Source: a virus
Virus record (IMG/VR): IMGVR_UViG_3300026484_000095
Span: 1-64,000 of that record
Strand: one strand, 5' to 3'
DNA length: 64,000 nt
Below the pieces are notes generated by a model. That model was not told where the DNA came from and did no database searches. It saw only the letters and a program-made list of their open reading frames with translations. Positions 18,037-28,147 of the stretch are shown piece after piece. Positions within the stretch are counted from its first letter, which is position 1, and each line of letters opens with the position of its first letter. Both the position numbers and the translations under genes were made by a program.

Positions 18037-19869
18037 ATGCAAAGAAAGAAGAGAACTAGAAAGAGAATTAATTTTGTTGAAAAGGTTAAGAATAACCCAA
18101 GTTCATATATGAATGGAAAATATCCTTTGAGGGACTTCCAAACAGAAGCAGTAGCTTTTTTGATACAGACTTGGAGAAGTATCTTAGCTCTTCCAACTGG
18201 TTTAGGTAAAAGCTACTCCTCTTTATCTGCTTATACATATCTAAAAGATAGAATACCTGAATTAAAGCTATTGTATATATCAGAAAAAAGTATTTTACCT
18301 CAAACAGCTTATGAAGATTTACCTAAGTTCTTTGATGATTTATCAGTAAGCTTGATATATGAGAACTCTATAAAGCAAAGAGAGAAAATATACAACGAGT
18401 TCATTAAGTTCAACAATGATGTATTGTTTATGAATTATCACACTCTTAAAAATGATATAGGTATTGTAGAAGACTTATTTAGAATGTATAAGTTCCTTAT
18501 TATCTTTGATGAAGCAGACAATATATCAGGTAATAGCCAAATGAGTGCTACTGCAGGTTTTATTAGTAAACTAGCATATAGAGTATGGGCTTTAACCGCA
18601 AGTCCAAGTAGGAGTAATTTAGAGCATATCTATAATATATTTACTAATATAGGTAATAAGCAAATATCCGTAACGGAGTTCAGAACACAACACTGTATTA
18701 TCGAAAACAAGCAATTTGGTAATCTCTCAATCAATGGTAAAAAGGTAGGCAATCTATTTGGACAACCTATGCAAATCGGAACAGCATTTATGGGTTCATT
18801 TAGAAAATTAATATATGAAGCTAAGTATTATAATAGAATGGAGATAAAACAGAACTTACAAAAAGGTAAGCTATCTTTGTTTGATAAACAGAAGATGACT
18901 TTTAAATTAATAGTTCCAAGTAACTTCATAGGTAGAGATTATTTTATTGTAGTATTATACAATGATAAAAAGAAAAAGAAAAAACAACTAAATATCCAGT
19001 TCAGCTGTTTCCCTAACACCTCTGTCGTTGGTTATAAGAATATAAGTAAGTTTGTAGAGAAAACAAAGAACTCTATGTTCGTAAGAAGTAAAAAGCAAGT
19101 AGCAAAAGATATCCCACCTTTTACAGTTCATAAGCTGTATTTAAAAGAAGATAAGACGACCTTTAATAAAATTAGTAGCTATTATTATGAAGTTGATGTA
19201 ACTTCTTCTGCTAAAATTAATATCGCTTTAAGTATGCCACAGTTGTTAGAGCTTGATAATGATATAGAGATAGATTACTATTATGCTAATGAGAAAATCA
19301 AGGAAGCAAAAAGAATTATAGTTAAGAGCCACTTCGAGGGTGAGAAAGTAATTATATACACTCCTTACAGAACAGTTATAGAGCGATTTATAGAGATATT
19401 ATTAAAAGATAAAATCATTAAAAAAGGTAGCTATGCTATTGTTACGGGAGCCGTTAAAGGGGCTGAAAAAACAAAAGCAAAAGAGAGCTTTGTTAATGAC
19501 CCCAGATGTAATGTTATGTTCATCACTGATGCAGGGCTTAAAGGTTTAAATCTACAAGTGGCAAACAACTTAATATTATTAAATATGCCTAAAACTGGTT
19601 CAGATTTAATACAGTTAGCAGGTCGTATATCGAGGATAGGAACTACCTTTTCATTTCTTAATATTTATATATTAATGCAAGAAGCTACTAATGATGTCGA
19701 TATGTATAAGCTTATATTTGGTCAGATTGGTTTTATTTATATGCTTAACCCTGATTTAGTTGATGCAGGATTATATCAACCTGAGCTTGACAGAATTGAT
19801 GAGAAAAAAGCAGATATATTCATAGCACGAAGTCTTAGTAATAGAAAAGCAAAATATCTAAAAGGTTAG
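18037..19869 (+). CDS. SNF2-like SF2 helicase
   Basis: PTGLGKS, DEAD, LTASP, GLNLQVAN, QLAGRISRIG. Confidence 0.85.
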   Translation: MQRKKRTRKRINFVEKVKNNPSSYMNGKYPLRDFQTEAVAFLIQTWRSILALPTGLGKSYSSLSAYTYLKDRIPELKLLYISEKSILPQTAYEDLPKFFDDLSVSLIYENSIKQREKIYNEFIKFNNDVLFMNYHTLKNDIGIVEDLFRMYKFLIIFDEADNISGNSQMSATAGFISKLAYRVWALTASPSRSNLEHIYNIFTNIGNKQISVTEFRTQHCIIENKQFGNLSINGKKVGNLFGQPMQIGTAFMGSFRKLIYEAKYYNRMEIKQNLQKGKLSLFDKQKMTFKLIVPSNFIGRDYFIVVLYNDKKKKKKQLNIQFSCFPNTSVVGYKNISKFVEKTKNSMFVRSKKQVAKDIPPFTVHKLYLKEDKTTFNKISSYYYEVDVTSSAKINIALSMPQLLELDNDIEIDYYYANEKIKEAKRIIVKSHFEGEKVIIYTPYRTVIERFIEILLKDKIIKKGSYAIVTGAVKGAEKTKAKESFVNDPRCNVMFITDAGLKGLNLQVANNLILLNMPKTGSDLIQLAGRISRIGTTFSFLNIYILMQEATNDVDMYKLIFGQIGFIYMLNPDLVDAGLYQPELDRIDEKKADIFIARSLSNRKAKYLKG

Positions 19870-19923
19870 AAATCTCTCTAGGACTGCAGTATATAGTGTA
19901 TTAAATATAGGAAAGGTATAAAT

Positions 19924-20223
19924 ATGGAGATATATTCTGTTAAGTTTTACTTAGATGGTAAAAGATATGATTTGAGAGAAACAAAAAGACCTGGCACTGT
20001 AGCTAAAATACAAGTTATTGATGAAAACGAATCTATTAAAGAGCAAAGACTTGTAAGTATAGCCCAATATGAGCCTAATACAAATTTCAAGGAAAACACT
20101 TCTATGATAATGTCTATATCTGATTTTCACGAAAGTAACTATCAATCAATGAGGACTCTAAAAGATTTATCTAATTTCTTAGATAGACATTTTTATAAAA
20201 ATTTCAATTATATAGAAAGTTAA
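19924..20223 (+). CDS. Hypothetical protein
   Basis: ORF with AAAGGT RBS. Confidence 0.55.
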   Translation: MEIYSVKFYLDGKRYDLRETKRPGTVAKIQVIDENESIKEQRLVSIAQYEPNTNFKENTSMIMSISDFHESNYQSMRTLKDLSNFLDRHFYKNFNYIES

Positions 20224-20226
20224 ATA

Positions 20227-21129
20227 ATGGCTGGAGGAGACCTAAAGAAAGAGGATAAAACTGTATATGATAATCGTAAGTCTTTTAGCTTTGTGCGACA
20301 GCATTTACAAAAAGCTTATAATAAGCTTTTATATCGTTTATTTGGTTTATATAGGGGAAAGGTCATCTTATGTAGAGAACTCGTTCCTATGGTATCTCTA
20401 AATGATTTATATGAGAGTTTAGAAGCTGAAAAAATATCCCAAAAGTTAAAAGAGAAGCAAGAGGAGTTTGATAAACTAGAAGCAAGAAACAATGAGTTAG
20501 TATTTGAACTAGAAAGTTTCCAAAAAGTGATAGATAGAGAGACTTATGATTTGATGTTAAAAATTATAGAGTTACAGAGAAAGCTAAATCCTGAGATGGA
20601 CTTGAATGACTTAAAAGAGCATTTTGAGAGAGTTGAATCAGGTAACTCTAAAATAGATAAACCAAAAAAGAAAACAAAGAATACAGATAAGAAGTTAAAA
20701 AAATTGTATAGATACTTAGCCAATATCTATCACCCTGATAAAGCTCCAAAAGGTAAAGAGGAAGAATACTCCGAAATATTTAAACAGATTACTGCTTTTC
20801 GAGATAGTGGTGATTATAAAGGACTTAAATTATATGCTGGGAAAGTTAAAAAGTCCATCTTCAAAGGAAAACCAAATATCAAAGCTTTAAGTAAGATGTT
20901 AAAGGATATTACTGAGAGAGTAAATATCTTATATGATAATATCTCTAATATAAAGAACTCTGATTTGTATATGGATTATTTGAGCTATCAAAAGAGACCT
21001 GATATGTTAATAAAGGAGAAGAGAGATAGTCTTAGAATGACTATCCATTCTTTACAAAGAGAGTTAGAGATGAGAGATAGTCTTATATACGGTCGAAGAA
21101 AAACATCAAGGACTATGTATGGATTATAA
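20227..21129 (+). CDS. J-domain (DnaJ-like) coiled-coil protein
   Basis: LKKLYRYLANIYHPDK...FKQITA. Confidence 0.75.
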   Translation: MAGGDLKKEDKTVYDNRKSFSFVRQHLQKAYNKLLYRLFGLYRGKVILCRELVPMVSLNDLYESLEAEKISQKLKEKQEEFDKLEARNNELVFELESFQKVIDRETYDLMLKIIELQRKLNPEMDLNDLKEHFERVESGNSKIDKPKKKTKNTDKKLKKLYRYLANIYHPDKAPKGKEEEYSEIFKQITAFRDSGDYKGLKLYAGKVKKSIFKGKPNIKALSKMLKDITERVNILYDNISNIKNSDLYMDYLSYQKRPDMLIKEKRDSLRMTIHSLQRELEMRDSLIYGRRKTSRTMYGL

Positions 21130-21224
21130 AGGGCTATATGTTCCAAACAAATTAGAGTACCAATTCAATGGTAGTGAAAAAGTCTAACAACTAAAAGTAT
21201 ATATCTTTAACAAGGAGAGATAAA

Positions 21225-21836
21225 ATGCCAAAGAAACGAGTTCCAAATAAAATTCCAAAAGAAACGGAGGAAGTGGATTCTAATCGCTATGAGTGTAACA
21301 TTTGTCAAGATAGAAAAGTCGTTTATAAAGAGGATAATTCTTATAGAACTTGTAAGTGTGTGATAGAGAAGAGAGTTAAGGAGTTCCTAGACCTTCCCTA
21401 TTTTAACAATGTCAAGGTGAATAAGAAACTAGATGTTTCCAAGCTAGATAAAAACTTACTGATGTATAGAGGTGTCAAGTATGCTAATTATATAAGTAGG
21501 GTTAAGTCTTTCTTATTCAAATACTTCTTACAGGTCGATAATCAAATTGATTATGTCGTGATGACTGGTTCAGATTATATAGGTTATTATGTAGTGGGAG
21601 AACACGAATGGGTTACAGAATTGGATTATCTATTTTTGACCTTAGGGAAAGATAATTATAATACAGCAATGCAAACTGTGATAGCTACATTGATAAATGA
21701 TAGAATAAACAGAAGCAAGAAGACTTGGGTGTTTCTTTATGATGATGTTTCAAAATCTAAGCTAGTAGACCTATATGGCAATGATTTTTACAAGCAAGTG
21801 GTAGAGGGAACTGATTTCTCTAAAGTATCAAAATAA
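21225..21836 (+). CDS. DnaC/DnaI-like helicase loader with zinc finger, degenerate ATPase
   Basis: CNIC...CKC, LINDRINRSKKTW; immediately upstream of DnaB-like gene; no Walker A seen. Confidence 0.55.
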   Translation: MPKKRVPNKIPKETEEVDSNRYECNICQDRKVVYKEDNSYRTCKCVIEKRVKEFLDLPYFNNVKVNKKLDVSKLDKNLLMYRGVKYANYISRVKSFLFKYFLQVDNQIDYVVMTGSDYIGYYVVGEHEWVTELDYLFLTLGKDNYNTAMQTVIATLINDRINRSKKTWVFLYDDVSKSKLVDLYGNDFYKQVVEGTDFSKVSK

Positions 21837-21848
21837 AGGGGTTCATAT

Positions 21849-23261
21849 ATGTATGTAAAACAGATATTAAAAACAATACTCTATAAAAGAGTTACAACTG
21901 TATTCGAGAAAATTGAGGGTAGAGAAGCTATTATTTTCTCAACTGAGGAATCTTTGGGGTTCTATCAATTTCTGGAGAAATACTACAGAAGATATGATAC
22001 AATCCCTAGTCGTAAGTATTGTAAAGACTTTTTCGGTATGGAAAAAGATAGCCCTGCAAAAGATGGCTACTTACAAATTCTTAAAAAATCGGTGTTAGTA
22101 GTTCCTGATATTGAAGCAACTGTTGATTTACAGCTAAGAACAAAGCTGAAAGACACAACTGAGGATTTGATAAATACAGTTAAAACAGATATAAAGTTAG
22201 GTAACCCTAGTGAGCTTCCTGATATAGTGGAAAGGTTACAAGAGGACTTAGTTTATGTTAGTGAAAATTTAACTGATAGACAAAATATAGAGGGTATCTT
22301 ACACGAGAAAGCTAATGCCAAAGAGAAGTATCTAGCTAAGTATAATAAGAGAAATACTGGCGAGGGTTATTATATCGCTAAGACTGGTATTCCACATATT
22401 GATAATACAATCGGTGGTATTCACTCAGTTGATTTTATATCATTGATAGGTTATACAAAGCAGTTTAAATCTACTCTTTGTAGGCAAATAGGCTATAATG
22501 TAACTACACAAGTAAAGAATGTTATGTTCATCACTTTGGAGATGAATTATGATGATATAGAAAATCATTTTTATACATTGCACGCAAACAATCAAGCAAG
22601 GTTTGGTTATGACAATCCTAAGATAGTAAATAAGGCTGTTAAGGAAGCTACACTATCCTCAAAAGATTTAGAGTTCTTTACAAAAGCAGTAGAAGATTAT
22701 ACTTCAGCAGATGATTTAGGGTCTGTTTATATCAAGCAACCTAGTGGTATCTATACTTTCGATATGTTAAAGTCAGATGTTAATAAGGTGCATAAGAATA
22801 TAATGCCTATTGACCTTCTAATCATAGATGGTGTAGTATTGATGTACCCTCATCTTAAAAGTAGAAAGTCAAGAGAAGAGATGAATACTTTTATAGCTGA
22901 TTTGAGAAATTTCGGTTTAACATTTGAAAATGGTAAAGGCTTACCTATCATTGCTCCATTCCAAACAAACAGAGCAGGTTACGATAATATGTTATCTAAT
23001 AAAAACAATCTATATGACCTAACAGCTATATCTGAATATAATGAAATTGAAAGAAGTTCGACGCACGTAATTTCCACAGCTCAAACAAGAGATATGAGAG
23101 ATGCAGGAGAGCTTCAAATACAGCACTTAGCAACAAGAGAGAGTGAACAATTTGAACCTAAGAAGATAGCAATAGATGCCTCTACGGGTGTATTCATTGA
23201 AACAAAAGCAGAGTTTAGCGAAGAGGATACTATGGAGCTGATTGATGAGATAGAAATTTAA
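21849..23261 (+). CDS. dnaB: DnaB-like replicative helicase
   Basis: TGIPHIDNTIGG, GYTKQFKST (Walker A variant), FITLEM, LLIIDG, QTNR. Confidence 0.8.
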   Translation: MYVKQILKTILYKRVTTVFEKIEGREAIIFSTEESLGFYQFLEKYYRRYDTIPSRKYCKDFFGMEKDSPAKDGYLQILKKSVLVVPDIEATVDLQLRTKLKDTTEDLINTVKTDIKLGNPSELPDIVERLQEDLVYVSENLTDRQNIEGILHEKANAKEKYLAKYNKRNTGEGYYIAKTGIPHIDNTIGGIHSVDFISLIGYTKQFKSTLCRQIGYNVTTQVKNVMFITLEMNYDDIENHFYTLHANNQARFGYDNPKIVNKAVKEATLSSKDLEFFTKAVEDYTSADDLGSVYIKQPSGIYTFDMLKSDVNKVHKNIMPIDLLIIDGVVLMYPHLKSRKSREEMNTFIADLRNFGLTFENGKGLPIIAPFQTNRAGYDNMLSNKNNLYDLTAISEYNEIERSSTHVISTAQTRDMRDAGELQIQHLATRESEQFEPKKIAIDASTGVFIETKAEFSEEDTMELIDEIEI

Positions 23262-23276
23262 TGAGGGGAGGGTATA

Positions 23277-23447
23277 ATGTCAAAGAAACAACTAAGTCCA
23301 AAAAGTCAAAAGTTATTAGATAAAATAATGGTTGACTTTAAAAAGGATGCACCTACTATAGCTAATGTAGTGATGAATATTAAAAAGTTAAGTACACCTG
23401 AAGGTCAAAAAGAGCTGAAAGATATCCTATCAAAAAAGGGGTTATAA
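23277..23447 (+). CDS. 56-aa hypothetical protein (below ORF-track cutoff)
   Basis: GGGAGGG RBS, MSKKQLSPK..., TAATG coupling to MTase. Confidence 0.55.
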   Translation: MSKKQLSPKSQKLLDKIMVDFKKDAPTIANVVMNIKKLSTPEGQKELKDILSKKGL

Positions 23448-24214
23448 TGAGAAGAAAGAGAGTTATAAACAAGGTATATAAAGGAGACTGTTTAGAAATC
23501 CTGCCTACATTAAAAACAAAGTTCGATTTAATTGTAACAGATTTACCTTATGGAGTAACTCGGAATAGTATAGATATAGTTATACCTTTTAAAAAGATGT
23601 GGGAGAATATCTTACCTTTAAGAAAGAGTGCAGAGACTCCAATCGTTTTGTTTGGTCAAGGTTTGTTCGCTTACAAACTTGCTTTAAGTAATGAGAAGAT
23701 GTTTAAGTATGAGATAATTTGGGATAAACAACTTACATCAGGTTTTTTAAATGCTAAGAAAATGCCATTAAGACAACACGAGAACATCTTAGTATTCTAT
23801 GAGAAAACACCCAAGTATAATCCACAATATACAAAAGGCAGACCTTTACATTCTAAGGGAACATTGTATAAAGATAAAGAGCATACAAATAGAAACTATG
23901 GTGATTTTAAAATGACTGATGATGATAGAGCAGGTTCAACAGATAAATATCCAACTTCAATATTGTCTATACAGAAGCCACACCCATCAACAGCTATCCA
24001 CCCAACTGAAAAGCCCGTAGAGTTAATGAAGTGGTTAGTATCTACCTTTACAGATAAAGGCGATAATGTTTTAGATTTTACAGCAGGGAGTGGAACAACT
24101 GGTGTAGCTTGTAGAGAGATAGAGAGAAACTATGTCTTAATAGAAAAGAACGAAGATAATTATAATCTCATTGAAGATAGGCTATCTCATAAAGTCGCAC
24201 TGGATTTATTCTAA
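23447..24214 (+). CDS. Beta-class N4/N6 DNA methyltransferase
   Basis: TDLPYG, HPTEKP, LDFTAGSGTT. Confidence 0.9.
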   Translation: MRRKRVINKVYKGDCLEILPTLKTKFDLIVTDLPYGVTRNSIDIVIPFKKMWENILPLRKSAETPIVLFGQGLFAYKLALSNEKMFKYEIIWDKQLTSGFLNAKKMPLRQHENILVFYEKTPKYNPQYTKGRPLHSKGTLYKDKEHTNRNYGDFKMTDDDRAGSTDKYPTSILSIQKPHPSTAIHPTEKPVELMKWLVSTFTDKGDNVLDFTAGSGTTGVACREIERNYVLIEKNEDNYNLIEDRLSHKVALDLF

Positions 24215-24225
24215 AAGGACTAAGT

Positions 24226-24594
24226 ATGATATATACTAGCAATTTCAGTAAAGCTATGCTAATGCTAAAAGCTTCGAGACTGAATAAGTTTAAGATTAAA
24301 CAATTAGTAGGTATAGTTAGGATAACCCCTAAGCTATCCACTGATAAGATTATATTTGAAACTCTTATAGCTCCTGATAAAAAGTTACTGAAAGGTTATA
24401 AAGCAAGAGAGATAACAGAAGAGCAATATACGGAAGCATATATCAAGAAGTTAGAGAGCATTGGGGCAGATACTATATCATCATTGTATAATAACAAGGT
24501 ATTACTATGTTATTGTAAATCAAATGGATTTTGCCATAGACACATACTGAGAGATTGGTTAGCTAGTAAAGGTATTGAATCCATTGAAATATAG
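24226..24594 (+). CDS. DUF488-family protein
   Basis: MIYTSNF, IAPDKKLL, LLCYC...CHRHIL. Confidence 0.7.
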   Translation: MIYTSNFSKAMLMLKASRLNKFKIKQLVGIVRITPKLSTDKIIFETLIAPDKKLLKGYKAREITEEQYTEAYIKKLESIGADTISSLYNNKVLLCYCKSNGFCHRHILRDWLASKGIESIEI

Positions 24595-24602
24595 GAGCTG
24601 AA

Positions 24603-24866
24603 ATGAAACAACCTAGGAATGTCTTATCTGTTACTTTTAAGAAAAAATGTTTAATCATAGTAACAGATAAAATTACTTATTTAGTTAGTGATGGTTTATT
24701 AACCACTCACAAATCGTTTGATAGTGCTAATTATTGTTTAGAAAATAATGAGTTCAACAAATATCCTACTCACAAAGGTTTTGTAGCTAAGGTGGAGCTA
24801 CAACCTCTTTTTCCACAATTAACAAATTACACTATCTCTAAAATTAAGAGCTTAATTTCCTTTTAA
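24603..24866 (+). CDS. Hypothetical protein
   Basis: AGGAG RBS. Confidence 0.5.
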   Translation: MKQPRNVLSVTFKKKCLIIVTDKITYLVSDGLLTTHKSFDSANYCLENNEFNKYPTHKGFVAKVELQPLFPQLTNYTISKIKSLISF

Positions 24867-24918
24867 GGGATTTTTAAGCCTCTTTTCGCTATCATTCTTT
24901 ATCTAAAATAAAAAGGTA
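24863..24918 (+). promoter_or_regulatory. Repeated promoter module copy
   Basis: TTAAGG-N5-TTAAG-N11-TATCAT ... AAATAAAAAGGT. Confidence 0.75.
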
Positions 24919-24923
24919 GAGCA

Positions 24924-25298
24924 ATGAGTAATATCCCAACTTCAAATACATTAAGTGAGTTAAAAGCATTAAAAATACAACTTAAAGAGTGTAGAATTTT
25001 TGCTGAGTGTCAAGACTTAAAACACAAAATAAACAGTATTGAAGAACCTCTCTTCAATGGTAATTCTTTTTATGTAGAGAGTGTATCTAACGATGATGCT
25101 GAAAATTATGTCTTAAAAGATAAAAGCAAATATACTTCTATTGATAAAGAAGAGCTATTGAAACAAAGGCTATCAGAATACCGTAACAATTCTAATCTAA
25201 GTCATAAATGGAAGACTAGAATGACAAGAGTAGTTGAGTATAAGCTGAAAAATATAAACTCTGATGGCTTCTATTGTCAAGGCTTTGTATTATGTTAA
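24924..25298 (+). CDS. Hypothetical early protein
   Basis: Directly after promoter module. Confidence 0.55.
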   Translation: MSNIPTSNTLSELKALKIQLKECRIFAECQDLKHKINSIEEPLFNGNSFYVESVSNDDAENYVLKDKSKYTSIDKEELLKQRLSEYRNNSNLSHKWKTRMTRVVEYKLKNINSDGFYCQGFVLC

Positions 25299-25330
25299 AA
25301 CAAACAAACCGAGATTTAGTGGGGTGTATA

Positions 25331-25597
25331 ATGTCATTTAAAAAGAAAAGCAAAGAAGTTGAGAAAGCGACTGGTATAAATAATCATACACAAGCATATA
25401 TACTTATATGTCAAGCTATCGGTCTTAAAGATTTAGAAAGGAGACTTGAAGATATAAAAAAGAAACAAGTTGAAATAGGTCACTTGTCTAATGAGCTTTA
25501 TGGTGAGCGAACTAAAATCTATTATGAGATGAACGAGAGAGGTCGCAACATCTTAGGTGCAGAGGAGTATGATAAATACTTTTATAGTAAAACATAA
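25331..25597 (+). CDS. Hypothetical protein (start 25292 or 25331)
   Basis: GGGGTG before ATG 25331. Confidence 0.5.
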   Translation: MSFKKKSKEVEKATGINNHTQAYILICQAIGLKDLERRLEDIKKKQVEIGHLSNELYGERTKIYYEMNERGRNILGAEEYDKYFYSKT

Positions 25598-25606
25598 GGA
25601 GCTATT

Positions 25607-25813
25607 ATGTATATTGTATTTGACGATAACACTGAGAAAGTAGTTAAAGGGTTTGAGGACTTAGAAGAAGCTGAGAAGTTTTTTAATGAGTATCAGAGGG
25701 GCGATGGCGATACATACTTAGATGTATATGATGATATAGATTATCAAGAGTGGAAAGATAAAGGGAGTGAATACTTAGAGTATGCCCCTGACACATCATT
25801 AGAAAATAGTTAA
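25607..25813 (+). CDS. Small acidic hypothetical protein
   Basis: AAGGAG RBS. Confidence 0.55.
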   Translation: MYIVFDDNTEKVVKGFEDLEEAEKFFNEYQRGDGDTYLDVYDDIDYQEWKDKGSEYLEYAPDTSLENS

Positions 25814-25831
25814 AGGTTTAAAGGTAACATT

Positions 25832-26554
25832 ATGAAAATTTTAGGATTAGATATTGAAACAACTGGGTTAAGTGCTAGTAATAGCGATTTGTTGGAAGTA
25901 GGGCTAGTATTGTATGATACAGACGAACATTCTAAGTTAAGCTATAAAGAGTTGAATAAAAGAGTACCTAAGGTTCGTATTCTCGTACATAGACCTACAA
26001 AGTATTTACAAGGTAATTTAGTAGCTTTTGGAATGCACCAAAAGAATGGCTTATTAGATTTGCATAAGAAGTTAGATACTGATGGTGGTTATATAGAGGT
26101 GTATGAAGATTTAGAGAGTAGAGCAAAATGGAACGAAACTTTTATAATCTGTAAGCCTGATGAACTTATACATAAGATATGCTTCGCTTTATTTGAACAC
26201 GGTTGGATAGATAGAGATGATTATGCTCGTAATAAAGTAAAAAATGCCTTAACGGTTGCAGGTAAAAATGTAGCAGGTTTCGACCTCCCTTATCTAAGAG
26301 AGTATATCTCTAACTTTAGTAAGTCTATTAAAATCAGACATAGAGTATTCGACCCTACACCTTTCTTCTTTGATTTAACATCTGATAGACTTCCCGACCT
26401 GCAACAATGTATAGATTTTGCAGTTAAAGTGGACGATACATTCCCCGCTAACACTGTTAAACATACAGCAGTTGATGATGCAATGGATATAATCAACCTT
26501 ATCCATTTAGTTATAAATAAAGGGCAAGATATTTTCTATTTAAGGAAAAATTAA
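25832..26554 (+). CDS. DEDDh 3'-5' exonuclease
   Basis: LDIETTGL, NVAGFDL, HTAVDDA. Confidence 0.85.
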   Translation: MKILGLDIETTGLSASNSDLLEVGLVLYDTDEHSKLSYKELNKRVPKVRILVHRPTKYLQGNLVAFGMHQKNGLLDLHKKLDTDGGYIEVYEDLESRAKWNETFIICKPDELIHKICFALFEHGWIDRDDYARNKVKNALTVAGKNVAGFDLPYLREYISNFSKSIKIRHRVFDPTPFFFDLTSDRLPDLQQCIDFAVKVDDTFPANTVKHTAVDDAMDIINLIHLVINKGQDIFYLRKN

Positions 26555-26598
26555 GTTAGTTTTAGTTATCATTTCTTATCTAAAAAATAAAAAGGTTA
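26540..26598 (+). promoter_or_regulatory. Repeated promoter module copy
   Basis: TTAAGG at 26540, TATCAT at 26567. Confidence 0.75.
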
Positions 26599-26602
26599 AG
26601 AA

Positions 26603-27166
26603 ATGAGTAGAGAAAATCAAACTAAGGTAAGTTTCAATAGTAATAGAAATTATCTATCTTATGAGATAAGCGAGGACGATGTTTGTGTAGCTACAAGTGG
26701 CTTCGGTATAAGTGGAGATGAGCTGAGAGAGTTCCTTAAAGATGAACCTCTTGCTTTGGATATTGTGTTAAATTCAGATAGTAGAGATATGAGAAGTATT
26801 CCTACTCCTATCTTCAATAAATTAAAAAGCGATTGGTTCAATGCTAGACATACAACTTACAGAAATTTCTTATTCAATAAGGAAGATATTGAGACTGAGA
26901 GAGGTAGAGAAATCGCTTGGACTCTAATCGAAGCTTATATGAATGACCAAGCTGTTTGTATCATAAGTAAAGAGGGTTGGGAGATGTACCCAAGTGATGA
27001 GTTAGGTATGTGTAGCACAGATGGATTAACTCGCATTGTTAGGATAGGTTCTACAACTAGTTCAGCAGGTAGCTCTCTTATTGAGCTTGAAACAATCAAC
27101 TCTGATGGTGGTAGTTTAGTATCTCTAAAAGGTATAAAAGAGGTTATCACATTAAGAGGTATATAA
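26603..27166 (+). CDS. Hypothetical early protein
   Basis: After promoter module. Confidence 0.55.
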   Translation: MSRENQTKVSFNSNRNYLSYEISEDDVCVATSGFGISGDELREFLKDEPLALDIVLNSDSRDMRSIPTPIFNKLKSDWFNARHTTYRNFLFNKEDIETERGREIAWTLIEAYMNDQAVCIISKEGWEMYPSDELGMCSTDGLTRIVRIGSTTSSAGSSLIELETINSDGGSLVSLKGIKEVITLRGI

Positions 27167-27175
27167 GGCATTTAC

Positions 27176-27326
27176 GAGGGCTATATGGCTCTCTTTCTGC
27201 TAAAAAGGTATAAAAGTATATCTAAGTAATAAAAGCCTTTAAAAAGCAAATATAGGGTTATCTTTTAGTTAAGGAAATTTTAAGCTATAATTCGTTATCA
27301 TTCTTTATCTAAAAAATAAAAAGGTT
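27176..27326 (+). repeat. Extended promoter-module repeat (upstream element + core)
   Basis: GGCTATATGG about 90 nt upstream of TTAAGG 27269; TATCAT 27296. Confidence 0.65.
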
Positions 27327-27331
27327 CAAAA

Positions 27332-27520
27332 ATGGCAAATGGTAAAAATATCTATCAAGTGCACGGTTATAATAATCGTAAAGAGTATCTTAAAGGTCTA
27401 GCAGAAGACTTTGGAGTTGATTTGGTTGTCGTACTTGAATTGGCGGGTGTATTAGGTGCAAGTGAAGATTTCGACGGTCTTGTTTCTGCTTTAGAAGATT
27501 ATCAGTTTTTAGAGGGTTAA
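27332..27520 (+). CDS. Conserved small phage protein
   Basis: GYNNRKEYL...LGASEDFDGLVSALED recognisable from phage hypotheticals. Confidence 0.6.
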   Translation: MANGKNIYQVHGYNNRKEYLKGLAEDFGVDLVVVLELAGVLGASEDFDGLVSALEDYQFLEG

Positions 27521-27521
27521 G

Positions 27522-27725
27522 ATGTATTTATACGGTTCAAAAAGATGGTTCGATATTGGGTGTCAGCCAGACGGTGCAGTTAAGGTTATTGAGTCAGATG
27601 GCACTAAAAAGCAAAGTCATAGAACTTTGCTTGTGTATGATAGAAAATTGAGTGATGAAGAGATTTACAAATATGAACTCAAATTTGTAAGAGAAATAAC
27701 TGATGAGGAGTTAAAATGTCTATAA
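27522..27725 (+). CDS. DarA C-terminal-like (defence against restriction) domain protein
   Basis: FDIGCQP...LVYDRKLSDEEIYKYEL pattern. Confidence 0.55.
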   Translation: MYLYGSKRWFDIGCQPDGAVKVIESDGTKKQSHRTLLVYDRKLSDEEIYKYELKFVREITDEELKCL

Positions 27726-28048
27726 GAGCTATAAAATATGACCCTAGAACCAAAGAGTTTAGTGAGGTAACAATTAATGGTCTTGATGACTATTATAAAC
27801 ATTTAGAGTGTAGAATATTCGATATAGTTCGACTATCAGAAGATATTGATGTCTATGTAGACGATGAGGGCTTATTCAATAGTGGAAGCCCTGTAACAGA
27901 ACTTATCGGATTTGGTAGAGAGATAATGTTAGCAGGTGTTTTACTGTTCACTGGTGGTGGGGATGATATGGGGGATACTATGAGTTTTAAGGGTTCTATT
28001 GAGGATATACAAAAGATAGTCAAGGAAACAAACTTAGTGGTAAAATAA
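27716..28048 (+). CDS. DUF3846-like protein
   Basis: YVDDEGL...LAGVLLFTG. Confidence 0.6.
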   Translation: MSIRAIKYDPRTKEFSEVTINGLDDYYKHLECRIFDIVRLSEDIDVYVDDEGLFNSGSPVTELIGFGREIMLAGVLLFTGGGDDMGDTMSFKGSIEDIQKIVKETNLVVK

Positions 28049-28084
28049 TCCCACTGATAAAAGTCCTAGCTTATGATTTTCTCT

Positions 28085-28142
28085 TTAGGGAATTTCTAAG
28101 CTGTATTTAGCTATCATTTTATATCAAATTAATAAAAAGGTT
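28085..28142 (+). promoter_or_regulatory. Repeated promoter module copy
   Basis: TTAGGG 28085, TATCAT 28112. Confidence 0.7.
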
Positions 28143-28147
28143 TAAAG